Counted from the stretch's first letter, positions 1 to 15,542 are shown. The stretch is DNA of 55,587 nt from Eledone cirrhosa (GCA_964016885.1 CAXHJY010000383.1:1-55587); one strand, 5' to 3'. A program made the numbers and translations. The notes: generated from the sequence alone by a model not told the origin.

Positions 1-123
1 AAAGGAGGTGGAAGTGGAGCCAAAATAGGTGAAGGAATTGGTGTCAATACATATAACAATTTCTTTTTGTTTTTGAAATGCGCATAAGAAATACATGGAA
101 CTCATTTAACCATCTTTTGATCT

Positions 124-198
<75 letters not shown>

Positions 199-221
199 AT
201 ATATATTATATATATATGTGT

Positions 222-775
222 GTAGATAAATCTACCAAGAGTTTACGGTAGTGTCCAATCCGTATGAAGAACTCAATGTAATCCGGATATCATGCGAAAG
301 AAGAGATGCAATGAAAAATCACTTTCGGTGAAAGATAAACGGAATACAGAGTCAAGATAAAATATTTAAAAATAATGAATAAAACAATGAAACAGTTCCT
401 TAATTAAACAAAAAAAGTTCATTATTTAACGATCGATTCTGGGATATATATGTGTTAGAATTGGCATGTATATTTAACAGATCTATGTACAAAATTATAC
501 AAAATTATACAAACTATCAAAATTAAATATACATACCAACTCATATATATGCCGTCTTCAGAAATAATCATTTATTTCTGAAGACGGCATATATATGAGT
601 TGGTATGTATATTTAATTTTGATAGTTTGTATAATTTTGTATAATTTTGTACATAGATCTGTTAAATATACATGCCAATTCTAACACATATATATCCCAG
701 AAACGATCGTTAAATAATGAACTTTTTTTGTTTAATATAAGGAACTGTTTCATTGTTTTATTCATTATTTTTTTA

Positions 776-783
<8 letters not shown>
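222..783. mobile_element. Family A PLE mini-insertion: 3'-terminal segment (222-568, minus) plus inverted copy (572-783, plus), forming a palindrome
   Basis: Starts with the family A terminus gtagataaatctacc, also seen at 2061, 15898 and 22661. Segment 572-783 is the reverse complement of about 357-568. Flanked by (TA)n on both sides. Confidence 0.9.
572..717 (+). ncRNA. Type I hammerhead ribozyme (family A), shortened stem I
   Basis: ttattt-CTGAAGA-[long stem II]-GAAA-CGATCG-TT-aaataa. The opposite arm has GAAT instead of GAAA and is probably inactive. Confidence 0.65.
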
Positions 784-2063
<1,280 letters not shown>

Positions 2064-2256
2064 GATAAATCTACCAAGAGTTTACGGTAGTGTCCAATCC
2101 GTATGAAGAACTCAATGTAATCCGGCTATCATGGAAAGAAGAGATGCAATGAAAAATCACTTTCGGTGAAAGATAAACGGAATACAGAGTCAAGATAAAA
2201 TATTAAAAAATAATGAATAAAACAATGAAACAGTTCCTTATATTAAACAAAAAAAG

Positions 2257-2410
2257 TTCATTATTTAACGATCGTTTCTAGGATATATATGTGTTAGAAT
2301 TGGCATGCATATTCAACAGATCTATGTACAAAATTATACAAAATTATACAAACTATCAAAATTAAATATACATACCAACACATATATATGCCGTCTTCAG
2401 AAATAATGAA
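2257..2410 (-). ncRNA. Type I hammerhead ribozyme (family A)
   Basis: Minus strand reads ttcattattt-CTGAAGA-[115 nt stem II]-GAAA-CGATCG-TT-aaataatgaa. 10-bp stem I, palindromic stem III, GUU cleavage triplet. Confidence 0.8.
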
Positions 2411-2999
2411 ATATATTTATTGATAATAACAACAATTCAAAATTACAGGTCTGTTTGGGAACAGAGTTCAAATTGACCAATGAAAACGCAAAAAGTTTAT
2501 ACAGTTAGGTGTGTGTATATATGTAAGTAACTTCGTTCACAGATATGCATAAAAATATATGTTCACATGCATACGCATGCCGAAAATATGTATGTAAATA
2601 CAAAAATTCAAGGCTAATGTCTCTGTATGTTTATAATCTACAGATAAAATACGTATACGCATATAAATATAAAAATAAATATATACACACATTCATATAC
2701 TCACACATATACGTACATTCACACACACACGCGCGTATACGCATAAACATACACACAACCACGAACATACATTCACACCCCCACCCCCACACACATATAT
2801 GTGTATATACTATTATCATAAGCATATGGACATTAATGTACGCACATAAACACTGCCACACATATTTAGATCCAGATACAGAAAGTAGGTGGGGGGGGGG
2901 GAGAAGAGGTCAGTATTTAGCGGTGTCAGCAAGCTGCCTATTTATAAATGTATCTATAAATTTAGAAATAAAAGAAAAAGAAAAAAGAAATATATTAAG

Positions 3000-3038
<39 letters not shown>

Positions 3039-3074
3039 AAGTAAAATATAAAATATACATCAATATACATACAT

Positions 3075-3120
<46 letters not shown>

Positions 3121-3288
3121 GTATATATACATACATATACATACACATATACATAAACACATACATACACATACATATACATACACACACCATATAAATA
3201 CACATACACATATAAATACATAGACATATACACATATCACACATATATATATAAGATACACACATACATATATATATATCCATTCACA

Positions 3289-3335
<47 letters not shown>

Positions 3336-3394
3336 CACATATCTACACACATATAAAACACACTCATGTATATACACACATACACATACATACC

Positions 3395-3448
<54 letters not shown>

Positions 3449-3450
3449 CA

Positions 3451-3530
<80 letters not shown>

Positions 3531-3594
3531 CATACACTCACATACACATACACATATACAAAGATATATATACATACACACACACATATAATAA

Positions 3595-3627
<33 letters not shown>

Positions 3628-4052
3628 TATACATACATACATACACAAACATACATACTCATACATAGACATACATATATACACACATACATACACACAT
3701 ACATATACGCATATATACACATACATACACATCCATGTATGCGTATATACATACAAACACCACCACACGCTCACACAACTCAGACATACATAAATAAAGG
3801 GATATACATACACATATATACATATATAAATAGAGATACATATACAGATATAAATATATACACACATACACACACACACACATACATACACATACATATA
3901 CACACGCTCACACAACTCAGACATACATAAATAAAGGGATATACATACACATATATACATATATAAATAGAGATACATATACACATATAAATATATACAC
4001 ACGTACACACACACACACATACATACACATACATACACACATACATATATAT

Positions 4053-4115
<63 letters not shown>

Positions 4116-4221
4116 TATATACATATATATAAAAAAATAAAGAAATAAAAGAAATAAATAAATAAATTAAATAATACACACAGTCAGACAAATATGCACA
4201 CACATACATATACATATACAT

Positions 4222-4260
<39 letters not shown>

Positions 4261-4304
4261 CATACATATACATACATATATATATACACATACACACATC
4301 AACT

Positions 4305-4351
<47 letters not shown>

Positions 4352-4469
4352 AACACTCACATATACATGCGCACATACGTACATATATACACATACACAC
4401 ATATACACATAGACGTATACATGTGCATACATATACATACACACATATACCCACATAAATACATAGATA

Positions 4470-4504
<35 letters not shown>

Positions 4505-5714
4505 TATATACACATATATATATATATATACACACAATCATACACCCTTATTTACATGCGCACATATGTATTTATATACTCACATACAAACACCCAAACA
4601 TACATACCTACCTACATATACATACATACATCCACGCTTACAAATACAAACAATAATAGGGGGGGAAGGGGGGAGGGATTATAGTAAATATAGGTTTCAA
4701 GAAACATAGAATATTAATCTGCATTTAGATCATAATATGTGTTTACATAGTAGTTTCAGTATTAGGAAATGTAAGAAAGAAGGCAAAATTATGCACTTTA
4801 ATATAAGTAGACTATTAATTATAGGTTAACTAAATTAAAGATAGTTAATATATTGATTTCTAAGGTGTTTACTACTTAGGTTTATAATATTTGAAGCGGA
4901 ATTTTGAAGTTAAATAGTAGTAGCGTATTAATTATAGTATAACTAAATTAAAATTATTAACGTTATGGTATCAATATTAGGAAATGAATTTAGTAATAGG
5001 GAAAAAAACAAATAAAGTATTACATCGGTAGTAGAATATAAATTATAGGTTAACTAAATTAAAAATTATATATTAATTTCTATAGTATATGTTAATTTGG
5101 TTTATAATAATTAAAACAGATATTGTATTTTATCTATAGTAGAATATAATTATAGGTAAACAGAAATTAAAATTAATACATACACATATATATATATACA
5201 TATACATATATATATATACATACATATACATATATATACATACACATACATATTTTTTCAAAAATTGCAAAGAATATATTAACTAGGTATACATCCAAAA
5301 CCTATCTCAGTCTATGATTACATGACACTCTGCAATCCATCTGTATTAGGATATTAATTTTAAGCCAATTAAATTAAATTTTTAGGTTAAACAAATTTAA
5401 AACCAAATTATAAATATATTTCTAAAATGTACATTAATTAGGTCTATAATATTAAAAATTATTTCTCTGTCATTGAATACACGATATTTTGTTATATTTT
5501 ATCTGTAAAGGAATTTTAATAAAAGGTTAAATAAATTAAAATTAATCTATAAATTAATTTACGAAGTATATATTAGTAATATTTAAAAGTGTTTCACAAT
5601 TTATGATTACACAATATTTTATAATCTCATCTGTAGTAGAATTTTAATTCAATTAAATTTATAGGTTAACTAACATTTCAATTAAATTATATATTAATTT
5701 CTAAAATAATGTTA

Positions 5715-6593
5715 TTAATTAGGTTTATAATATTTAAATGTTTTTCTTAGTTTATGATTACACGATATAATTAATTCCTGTCGTTTATTTAATAGGATAT
5801 TCTTAGATTTCATTATTTCAAATAGTTCTTGGGAACATAATCTACATTCATTTCTATTATTTTGATAAGGGGTGGCTCTTTTCAGCACACTCCAGGTCAT
5901 ATCATATTCTATATTCTTATTTTTATAACTATTGATTTTTTCTGCTAGAGATGATGTATTAGCCAGTGCTGCATTTTTAAAACTATGTTTGTGGGTATTA
6001 AACCTTACCTTAAAATTGTTAGAAGTAGCTCCTATATATGAACAAATAGAATCTTTAGTTTTAACATTACATTTATAAACTATGTTGTTAACAAGACAAT
6101 TTCCTTTTAATGGGCAGTTTGCTTTGTTTCTACAGTTACAACCTTTCGTTATTTCTGTATTTGAGGAGATATTATGGTTAGTTTGATGTATTGGTGGTAT
6201 ACTTATGGTATTCTTACATTTATATGCATTATAGGCACTTATATTTTGTTTTATGTTATTTGTTGTTGAGTATGAGAATTTAACTCTAGACCTATTTAAG
6301 ATTTGATGGTATTTGTGGTTTGGCGGGAAGTTTTTCTCTAGGATATAAAAATTTTTTTTAGCAATATTATCCTTAATTTGTAAATTAAATGGAGCATTAT
6401 ACCAAGTAACTCGTCTATTACGGTTTCTATGTTGTTTATTAGTTTTATAGGTTGTATCGTGATGTTTACTAGGAGGATTAATGTTAATGATCTCACCACG
6501 CACATTTTTAGTTAGATTTGTAGATTTAGGTGTTTTATCTTGTTTATTAGGAGTTTTATTATTAACATTTATTAGAGTTGTATGATGAGTAGT
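5715..6593 (-). pseudogene. 5'-truncated family A ORF: linker plus GIY-YIG endonuclease
   Basis: [26 protein letters not shown]...[20 protein letters not shown]. Near-identical to the C-terminus of the 20064-22505 ORF. RT is missing. Confidence 0.9.
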
Positions 6594-6727
6594 GTGTATA
6601 TATTTATATGTGTATATGTATCTCTATTTATATATGTATATATGTGTATGTATATCCCTTTATTTATGTATGTCTGAGTTGTGTGAGCGTGTGTATATGT
6701 ATGTGTATGTATGTGTGTGTGTGTGTA

Positions 6728-9118
6728 CTTTTCAACCCAGCTGACAAAACATATAAGATGGGTAATATCTATCCTACGAGGTTACCCTTTAATAAAAGAG
6801 TTTGCATACCACAGCAAATAGATGACGAGACGGAGGCACAGTTCACCATAGCTAGAAATAAGATTAGACAAGTAGTAGACAGGTACACTATGAGACAGAG
6901 CAGACCAGAGGCCCAACAACTTGGGATAAAACCTGTAGAAGGCTTGGTTAGCCTCAAGCAGCGCACAAGGGATGGTGAGGTAGTGTGTCTACCCACAGAT
7001 AAGTCTGGTAGGATGTCAATAGATAGCATGCCGAACTACATCGAGGCAATGCAACCCCACATCACCAACACGAGCGAAGTTGCACAACTAACACACGATG
7101 GGAGAGAAAAAATCCTCAACGCTCACATGATGATGTGGACTGACATCCTAAAGCCAAGCAGACGCACTGCCAACAACTTCCAGGCGTCTAACAATGGCAT
7201 ACCACCCTTGTATGGGCTCCGCAAAGACCACAAGACAGTCGACGACCCGACAACAGGACCACCAACAAGACCCGTATGCGGAGCTAATATAGCTAGCAAC
7301 TACAGGATCTCCTACTTCCTCTCAATGGTTATACGCCCCATAATCAAGATGTCCCCAGATGTATGTGAAAGTACAGAGGACCTCCTCAGCAGAATCAGTG
7401 AGTGCAACAAAAACAGGAGCCTATCCAACTGCATAATAGGCAGCATGGATGTGGTGTCACTGTACCCATCCATTAACATTGATTTTGCTGTGAAAAGATG
7501 TGTGGAGATGATCATTGAGAGTGAGGTGGAGTTCTGCGACGTCGACACAGACGAACTGGGCCTCCTACTTAGACTTACCTACGACACTGACTACCTAGAC
7601 AGCCATGACCTTAGATGTTTCTGCCCTAGTAGACCTATAAGAGGTAGACCCCCCACCATAACCTCAATGGCTAAAAAGACTCCCATAGGAAGGTGGATTG
7701 GGTGGACCAAAGCTATACGGACCCCCCAGAACACTGATCAGGTAAGAAAAATGGTCGCACATGCAATAGGGGCTAGTATCAAAACTACCCTAAAGGGCCA
7801 CATATTTAAGTTCAATGAGAAAATCTACACCCAAAATGAGGGAGCAGCCATCGGCGTCAGCATAGCTGGTGATGTTGCCAACCTTTTCATGGTATGGTGG
7901 GAAAGGAGACTTAAAGATCTCCTTAATGAAAGCTCCATAGACCTCATCATGTACTCTCGTTATGTAGACGATATCAATATAGTTATAAGAACACCCCCAC
8001 TAGAGAGCACTAACAAGTTTGATTTAGAACGTAGCACGATGGAAAGCATCCAGCAGATAGCTAATTCCATACACCAGAGTATAACTGTAACTATAGACTT
8101 CCCTTCCAAACACCCTAACAATAGACTACCTGTATTAGACACAGAACTCTGGATTAACACTATAGACGAGAGAGCTCAAATTCTCCACTCACACTACGCT
8201 AAACCCATGGCCTCCAAATACCTGATACTCAAAAACTCAGCAATGTCCAGTAGTGCTAAGTTTAATATTCTGATCGCAGATTTAGTACGAGTGATGAAGA
8301 ATGTGTCCAGCATGTGCGACCCAACAGAAATGGAAGGACACATCCAACACTTCATCAACCGCATGCAGTTCTCTGGCTACAACCAAAGAGACAGAGTCAG
8401 AGTATACGAAGGAGCCATGGAAAAGTATAAGACCCTCATAGAACTGGACATGAAAGGAATTTGCCCACTATACAGGAGCAAATCATGGAATAGCTTAGAT
8501 AGGGCTAGACATAAGATAGGGAAGGCCACATCATGGTACGACAACCAGAGATATCAGAGTGTCATGTTTGTGGACGCCACCCCTGGAGGGAAATTAGCTA
8601 ACCAGTGTAGAAAGGCCCTGACAAAAACCCACTTAAAAATAAAGGTGGTAGAAAAGCCAGGAACCACCATAAAATCCCTGATCAGCAAAACCTACCCTTT
8701 TAAGAAAACCCACTGTACCAATAGGAAATGTATCATATGTAAGGTGAACCCCCGGATAAACTGTAAAACTAGAAACGTAGTCTATAGCATAAGATGTACA
8801 GAGGGTACTTGCAGAAACACGACAACAACATACATAGGTGAGACAGCTCGTAGCATAGGTGAAAGGATAGACCAACACTGGGGGGAACTAAAAGGACGAA
8901 ACAACGGGTCAGTACTATACGAACATGCTAGACAACAACATGACGGTAACATAGACAACATAGAAATTAGAATAATATATAAACATAGGAATGACCCAGC
9001 AGATAGGCAAATCAGAGAGGCAAGTGAAATAGAAATTAGAAGACCAAAGCTAAACAGAAAGAATGAGTGGAACAACAACAACACCCAAACAAACAACACT
9101 GACCTAAGAGAAGTATAA
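6728..9118 (+). CDS. PLE reverse transcriptase with Cys-rich linker and C-terminal GIY-YIG endonuclease (N-terminus truncated; the first 40 codons of the tracked ORF are microsatellite)
   Basis: RT motifs GSMDVVSLYPSI, QNEGAAIGVSIAGDVANLFM, YSRYVDD. Linker CTNRKCIIC. Endonuclease NVVYSIRC...C...YIGETARSIGERIDQH...EHARQQH (CCHH-type). No internal stop. Confidence 0.9.
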   Translation, partial: LFNPADKTYKMGNIYPTRLPFNKRVCIPQQIDDETEAQFTIARNKIRQVVDRYTMRQSRPEAQQLGIKPVEGLVSLKQRTRDGEVVCLPTDKSGRMSIDSMPNYIEAMQPHITNTSEVAQLTHDGREKILNAHMMMWTDILKPSRRTANNFQASNNGIPPLYGLRKDHKTVDDPTTGPPTRPVCGANIASNYRISYFLSMVIRPIIKMSPDVCESTEDLLSRISECNKNRSLSNCIIGSMDVVSLYPSINIDFAVKRCVEMIIESEVEFCDVDTDELGLLLRLTYDTDYLDSHDLRCFCPSRPIRGRPPTITSMAKKTPIGRWIGWTKAIRTPQNTDQVRKMVAHAIGASIKTTLKGHIFKFNEKIYTQNEGAAIGVSIAGDVANLFMVWWERRLKDLLNESSIDLIMYSRYVDDINIVIRTPPLESTNKFDLERSTMESIQQIANSIHQSITVTIDFPSKHPNNRLPVLDTELWINTIDERAQILHSHYAKPMASKYLILKNSAMSSSAKFNILIADLVRVMKNVSSMCDPTEMEGHIQHFINRMQFSGYNQRDRVRVYEGAMEKYKTLIELDMKGICPLYRSKSWNSLDRARHKIGKATSWYDNQRYQSVMFVDATPGGKLANQCRKALTKTHLKIKVVEKPGTTIKSLISKTYPFKKTHCTNRKCIICKVNPRINCKTRNVVYSIRCTEGTCRNTTTTYIGETARSIGERIDQHWGELKGRNNGSVLYEHARQQHDGNIDNIEIRIIYKHRNDPADRQIREASEIEIRRPKLNRKNEWNNNNTQTNNTDLREV

Positions 9119-9384
9119 ATAAATAAGTAAATTAAATTAAATAAAATAAGATAAATAAATACATACACAAGCACATAAACCCACACTAGTCACCCAGCAG
9201 ACACAACACTATACACACTAGTCACACATCACACATAACACTATACACACACGCAAACGCATGCGCAGAGAAGACAAAATAAAATAAGATAAACAAACAA
9301 GCAAATAAATAAATAAATATATAGACAGACTGAACAAAAAAAATGGCGTAGACATACAACACAACAGGAGGAACAGTGAATATA

Positions 9385-9426
9385 ACACCACTGACGATGT
9401 TGCAGATGTGCAACGAAAGATTTATG
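9385..9426 (+). ncRNA. Hammerhead-like core in family B 3' region (incomplete)
   Basis: CTGACGA-t-GTTGCA-gatg-TGCAAC-GAAA (9391-9418) with a perfect stem II. Stems I and III are not convincingly found. Confidence 0.45.
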
Positions 9427-9640
9427 TAAATTATGTAAACTATATATATATGTGTTTGTCTATATTGTATCTGTATTATTTTTGACCGCCGGTCAGTCAA
9501 TGACAACATTGAGGACCGAGTAAGTTAGATCGCAGATATGTATATATAAAAGACAGCGAGAAGCGAAAACCAACCAAACAGTGAGTGTGTTCTGTTATTA
9601 ATTCTGGCAATATTACGCAAATATGACCCTCCCCAAATAT

Positions 9641-9769
<129 letters not shown>

Positions 9770-10356
9770 CTTAATATATTTCTTTTTTCTTTTTCTTTTT
9801 ATTTCTAAATTTATAGATACATTTATAAATAGGCAGCTTGCTGACACCGCTAAATACTGACCTCTTCCCCCCCCCCACCTACTTTCTGTATCTGGATCTA
9901 AATATGTGTGGCAGTGTTTATGTGCGTACATTAATGTCCATATGCTTATGATAATAGTATATACACATATATGTGTGTGGGGGTGTGTGTGTGAATGTAC
10001 GTTCGTGGTTGTGTGTATGTTTATGCGTATACGCGCGTGTGTATGTGAATGTACGTATATGTGTGAGTATATGAATGTGTGTATATATTTATTTTTATAT
10101 TTATATGCGTATACGTATTTTATTTGTAGATTATAAACATACAGAGACATTAGCCTTGAATTTTTGTATTTACATACATCTTTTCGGCATGCGTATGCAT
10201 GTGAACATATATTTTTATGCATATCTGTGAACGAAGTTACTTACATATATACACACACCTAACTGTATAAACTTTTTGCGTTTTCATTGGTCAATTTGAA
10301 CTCTGTTCCCAAACAGACCTGTAATTTTGAAATGTTGTTATTATCAATAAATATAT

Positions 10357-10509
10357 TTCATTATTTCTGAAGACGGCATATATATGTGTTGGTATGTATA
10401 TTTAATTTTGATAGTTTGTATAATTTTGTATAATTTTGTACATAGATCTGTTGAATATGCATGCCAATTCTAACACATATATATCCTAGAAACGATCGTT
10501 AAATAATGA
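10357..10509 (+). ncRNA. Type I hammerhead ribozyme (family A, inverted arm of A1)
   Basis: ttcattattt-CTGAAGA...GAAA-CGATCG-TT-aaataatga. Confidence 0.8.
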
Positions 10510-10564
10510 CCATTTTTTGTTTAATATAAGGAACTGTTTCATTGTTTTATTCATTATTTTTTAA

Positions 10565-11897
<1,333 letters not shown>

Positions 11898-11901
<4 letters not shown>

Positions 11902-13262
11902 CACATAGATTGCGTAGGACTTACCTCACCCTCAAACCGCATAATGACCGGGGGGGGGGTAGACTAGGGCTATAACAGCCCACTTGCTGATTTTGCAATG
12001 GGTAACCCCTGCTTGCCAAGGGAGACGTAAGATCTTCTTTGTATTCTTTTATCGCTTCCTTTATTTCCTTCCCCCCTCTCTCCTTAGTCCTTCTACCCCA
12101 GCTCTTCTCCTTTGTCAGCGTCTTTTCTCGCCCACCCAGGCTGCCCTTTGGCGCCTTGTAGCCTTAGTACCCCCACCCCCTCCCCTAGTCTATGATAGAT
12201 TTGGCGGACTTACCCTTTATAGCAGTTGGTTTAGACCCCGGATACTTGTCCCCTTTTTCCGACCGCTCCCACTATTCTCTGTGCCCTCTATATTTCTTAG
12301 TGGCACTTATGCCTTATTTTTTCGTTTCAGTATTTCTTTCTTCGCTTTTCTTTTGGGCGGGGTGGCTTCTGAATTTATTTTTCGGTATTCTACCTTTACT
12401 TCGTACGAACTTTCATGTAGCTTGTTTTAGATCTTTTAGAGTTAGCATTAGTATATTTTTTTCTCGGGACTCAGAATTATTATCTCGTACTAGTTCACTT
12501 TGCTGCACTGGGTGGTTGCTGGCATTGTGCCCGGAATGGAAACCTTTATTGTTTATTTCGTGGTAGTCTCTTTAGTATTTTGGCCCCTTTTGTTGACCCG
12601 TCACCGTATCTTTTACGTACTTATACCTCTTAAAAGGGTCCTTGCCTTATCCGTCCCACCTAGTTCTTTTACTTATTTCGTTATTTCTTTATTTATTTCT
12701 TTACTTCTTTCTTTCTTTATTTATTTATTTATTCTAGCCTAACAATAGCTAGAGACCTAGGTCGTAGAATTTAATTTACTTTACATTTTTCTTTACACTT
12801 ATTTGCTTTTCTTCACTCTCAGTATTTTTTCTTTCCTATATATTTCTACCCCCCATTGTTCTACCTACCGTTCCGACTTCCTCCCCCTCCCCCTCCCCTG
12901 TATCTTCTTTGACCTCATGCCCAGCTGTAGCTGGCACTACCAACGCTTGATTGGGTCTACTCCACCCCCTCCCCTCTTTCTCCTACTGGCAGGTTTAGCC
13001 ACCATCTCCCCTACTAATTTGCAACCACAGAATTACTACTGATTTTTGACAATCACTTTGACCATATATGGAATTACCCCTTGAGAAGATCGGCTATTTA
13101 AATACCAGGATAAATTTTCATTTAGTCCAGAATTAGCCGTCGAAACGGCTTGAGCTCAGCTGTCGGGGTCTTACTGGTTCCTATTACCCACTCTACTACC
13201 TCAAGTATTGAGTACTTTGGTGCGTTATGGTCCACCTGGTTCCTTACCACATTTCCTTCGTT
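11898..13262 (+). mobile_element. Family E PLE 3' fragment (last ~25 codons, 3' UTR, hammerhead, terminus)
   Basis: 11898-11975 encodes [17 protein letters not shown]..., matching the C-termini [13 protein letters not shown] (A) and [13 protein letters not shown] (C). HHR near the 3' end. gtattgagtac motif shared with family C. Flanked by (TA)n. Confidence 0.7.
13076..13169 (+). ncRNA. Type I hammerhead ribozyme, U3:A8 core variant
   Basis: acccc-TTGAGAA-ga(t)cggcta...tagccgtc-GAAA-cggc-ttgagctca-gctg-TC-ggggt. All three stems pair. GUC cleavage triplet. Confidence 0.72.
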
Positions 13263-13358
13263 ATATACGTATATATATATACGTATATATATATATATAT
13301 ATATATACGTATATATATATATATATATATATATATACGTATGTATATATATATATAC

Positions 13359-13394
<36 letters not shown>

Positions 13395-13530
13395 GTATAT
13401 ATATATATACGTATATATATATATATAGGTATATATTTTTAAGGAACGATCGACTTTTGTCAAATCGGACCGAGGGAACAATGTTTCCGTTGGTCTTTCC
13501 AATTGCTAATACTATCTATCGGTCGCAACT

Positions 13531-13657
13531 CCAGGTAGAAGGAGCAACGAGAAATAAAGTGTCTTGCTCAAGGACATAACGCATCGCCTGGTCCAGGAAT
13601 CGAACTCACAACCTTACGATTGCGAATTCAATTCTCTAACCACTCAGCCACACGCCT
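13531..13657 (-). mobile_element. tRNA-derived SINE 5' portion
   Basis: Minus strand has a Pol III A box TGGCTGAGTGG (13640-13650) and B box GTTCGATTCC (13596-13605), followed by the conserved SINE central motif tgtccttgagcaagacacttt. The 3' boundary is approximate. Confidence 0.75.
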
Positions 13658-13720
13658 TCTAGGTATATATATATATATATATATACGTATATATATATAT
13701 ACGTATATATATATATATAC

Positions 13721-13778
<58 letters not shown>

Positions 13779-13900
13779 GTATATATATATATATATACGT
13801 ATATATATATATATATACGTATATATATATATATATACGTATATATATACGTATATATATACGTATATATATACGTATATATATATATATATACTTATAT

Positions 13901-14460
13901 ATGGTGGCTGCCAACTCGTTTTCAAGTACGGCCACTACTTTATATCCATGTAGGAGAACCCCTACCGATGCGCTGAACGAGTGTGACTTTTTAGTTCAGC
14001 CAGCGACTTGAAAACTCTGGTACAAACACTACACCTGTGACAATTATTGACACATAGTGCTGGGCCCATGGTACCATGTGACGACAAGTGCAGAGAGATC
14101 TCCAGATATAAAGCAATGCCTGTGCCGTGAAGCTTTTATAGTGAGCAAAGGCACTGCACAAAGCCAGTCCCACTCTCTTAACCAAGATGATATTTACCAA
14201 AAAGAAGAACAAGTCAACATCATTGGATACCATCAGGGTTGCAGGTGTTATAACAGAGTTTTCCTTCTCCTAGAATTCTGCCTTGACAAAGGCTAAGGGG
14301 TCATCTCTCCCGGTGATTTTGGATGGCCATTGAATCTTAAGAGTTCCTTTACCCTTTGACAGGTTTTGTTTTTAGTCCTCCAGGATGTCCAAAGTCACCC
14401 TCCTCACCAAGAAACCTTGGTGGGGTTGCCAGTTTAGTCGCCAACGACCCGACCATGAGA
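13901..14460 (-). mobile_element. Degenerate interspersed-repeat fragment, possibly related to an RTE-type LINE 5' region or SINE
   Basis: Higher-GC island between TA arrays. Minus strand contains tctaggagaaggaaaactctg, a motif I associate with RTE-related repeats. No intact ORF. Confidence 0.3.
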
Positions 14461-14499
14461 CATATATATATATATATACGTATATATATATATATATAC

Positions 14500-14573
<74 letters not shown>

Positions 14574-14595
14574 GTATATATATATATATACATAC

Positions 14596-14655
<60 letters not shown>

Positions 14656-14760
14656 GTATATATCTATATATATACTATATATATATATAGGTATATATAT
14701 ATATATATACGTATATATATGCGTATATATATATATATACGTATATATCTATATATATAC

Positions 14761-14834
<74 letters not shown>

Positions 14835-14873
14835 GTATATATATATATACGTATATATATATATATATATATA

Positions 14874-14904
<31 letters not shown>

Positions 14905-14939
14905 CGATATATATATATATACGATATATATATATATAC

Positions 14940-15005
<66 letters not shown>

Positions 15006-15099
15006 GTATATATCTATATATATATATAGGTATATATATATATATATACGTATATATATGCGTATATATATATATATACGTATATATCTATATATATAC

Positions 15100-15141
<42 letters not shown>

Positions 15142-15210
15142 GTATATATATATATATATATATATACGTATATATATATATATATACGTATATATATATA
15201 TATATATATA

Positions 15211-15250
<40 letters not shown>

Positions 15251-15303
15251 GATATATATATATATACGATATATATATATATACGATATATATATATATA
15301 TAC

Positions 15304-15377
<74 letters not shown>

Positions 15378-15378
15378 G

Positions 15379-15424
<46 letters not shown>

Positions 15425-15453
15425 CGTATATATATATATATATATATATATAC

Positions 15454-15505
<52 letters not shown>

Positions 15506-15506
15506 G

Positions 15507-15542
<36 letters not shown>

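Larger units (their letters stand above)
2061..6593 (-). mobile_element. Family A PLE copy A1, 5'-truncated (endonuclease part of ORF, long 3' UTR, terminus)
   Basis: Colinear with 15898-20950. Full terminus at 2061. Homology stops at about 6593, where an inverted arm begins. Confidence 0.92.

Noticed and set aside
1-122. Unique sequence at the window edges (also 55431-55587) as possible exons; telomeric location
   Set aside because: Too short, with no recognisable coding or splice evidence. No TTAGGG-type arrays occur anywhere in the window.
10405-10452. Possible SECIS element in the apex of family A HHR stem II (selenoprotein PLEs are known in the Naiad clade)
   Set aside because: No convincing AUGA/GA quartet with a proper helix, no in-frame TGA in the intact ORF, and the endonuclease is C-terminal rather than N-terminal.
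11984-13042. Phe/Leu-rich ORFs resembling membrane proteins
   Set aside because: They come from the pyrimidine-rich 3' UTR of family E, overlap in several frames and mostly use non-ATG starts.
13575-13657. tRNA gene
   Set aside because: A and B boxes are present but there is no clean cloverleaf, and a SINE central motif follows, so it is called a SINE head.
14340-14460. Possible HDV-like ribozyme at the edge of the RTE-like fragment
   Set aside because: Only a hairpin (caccaag/cttggtg) was evident. I could not build the nested double pseudoknot by eye; an RNArobo or Infernal search would decide.
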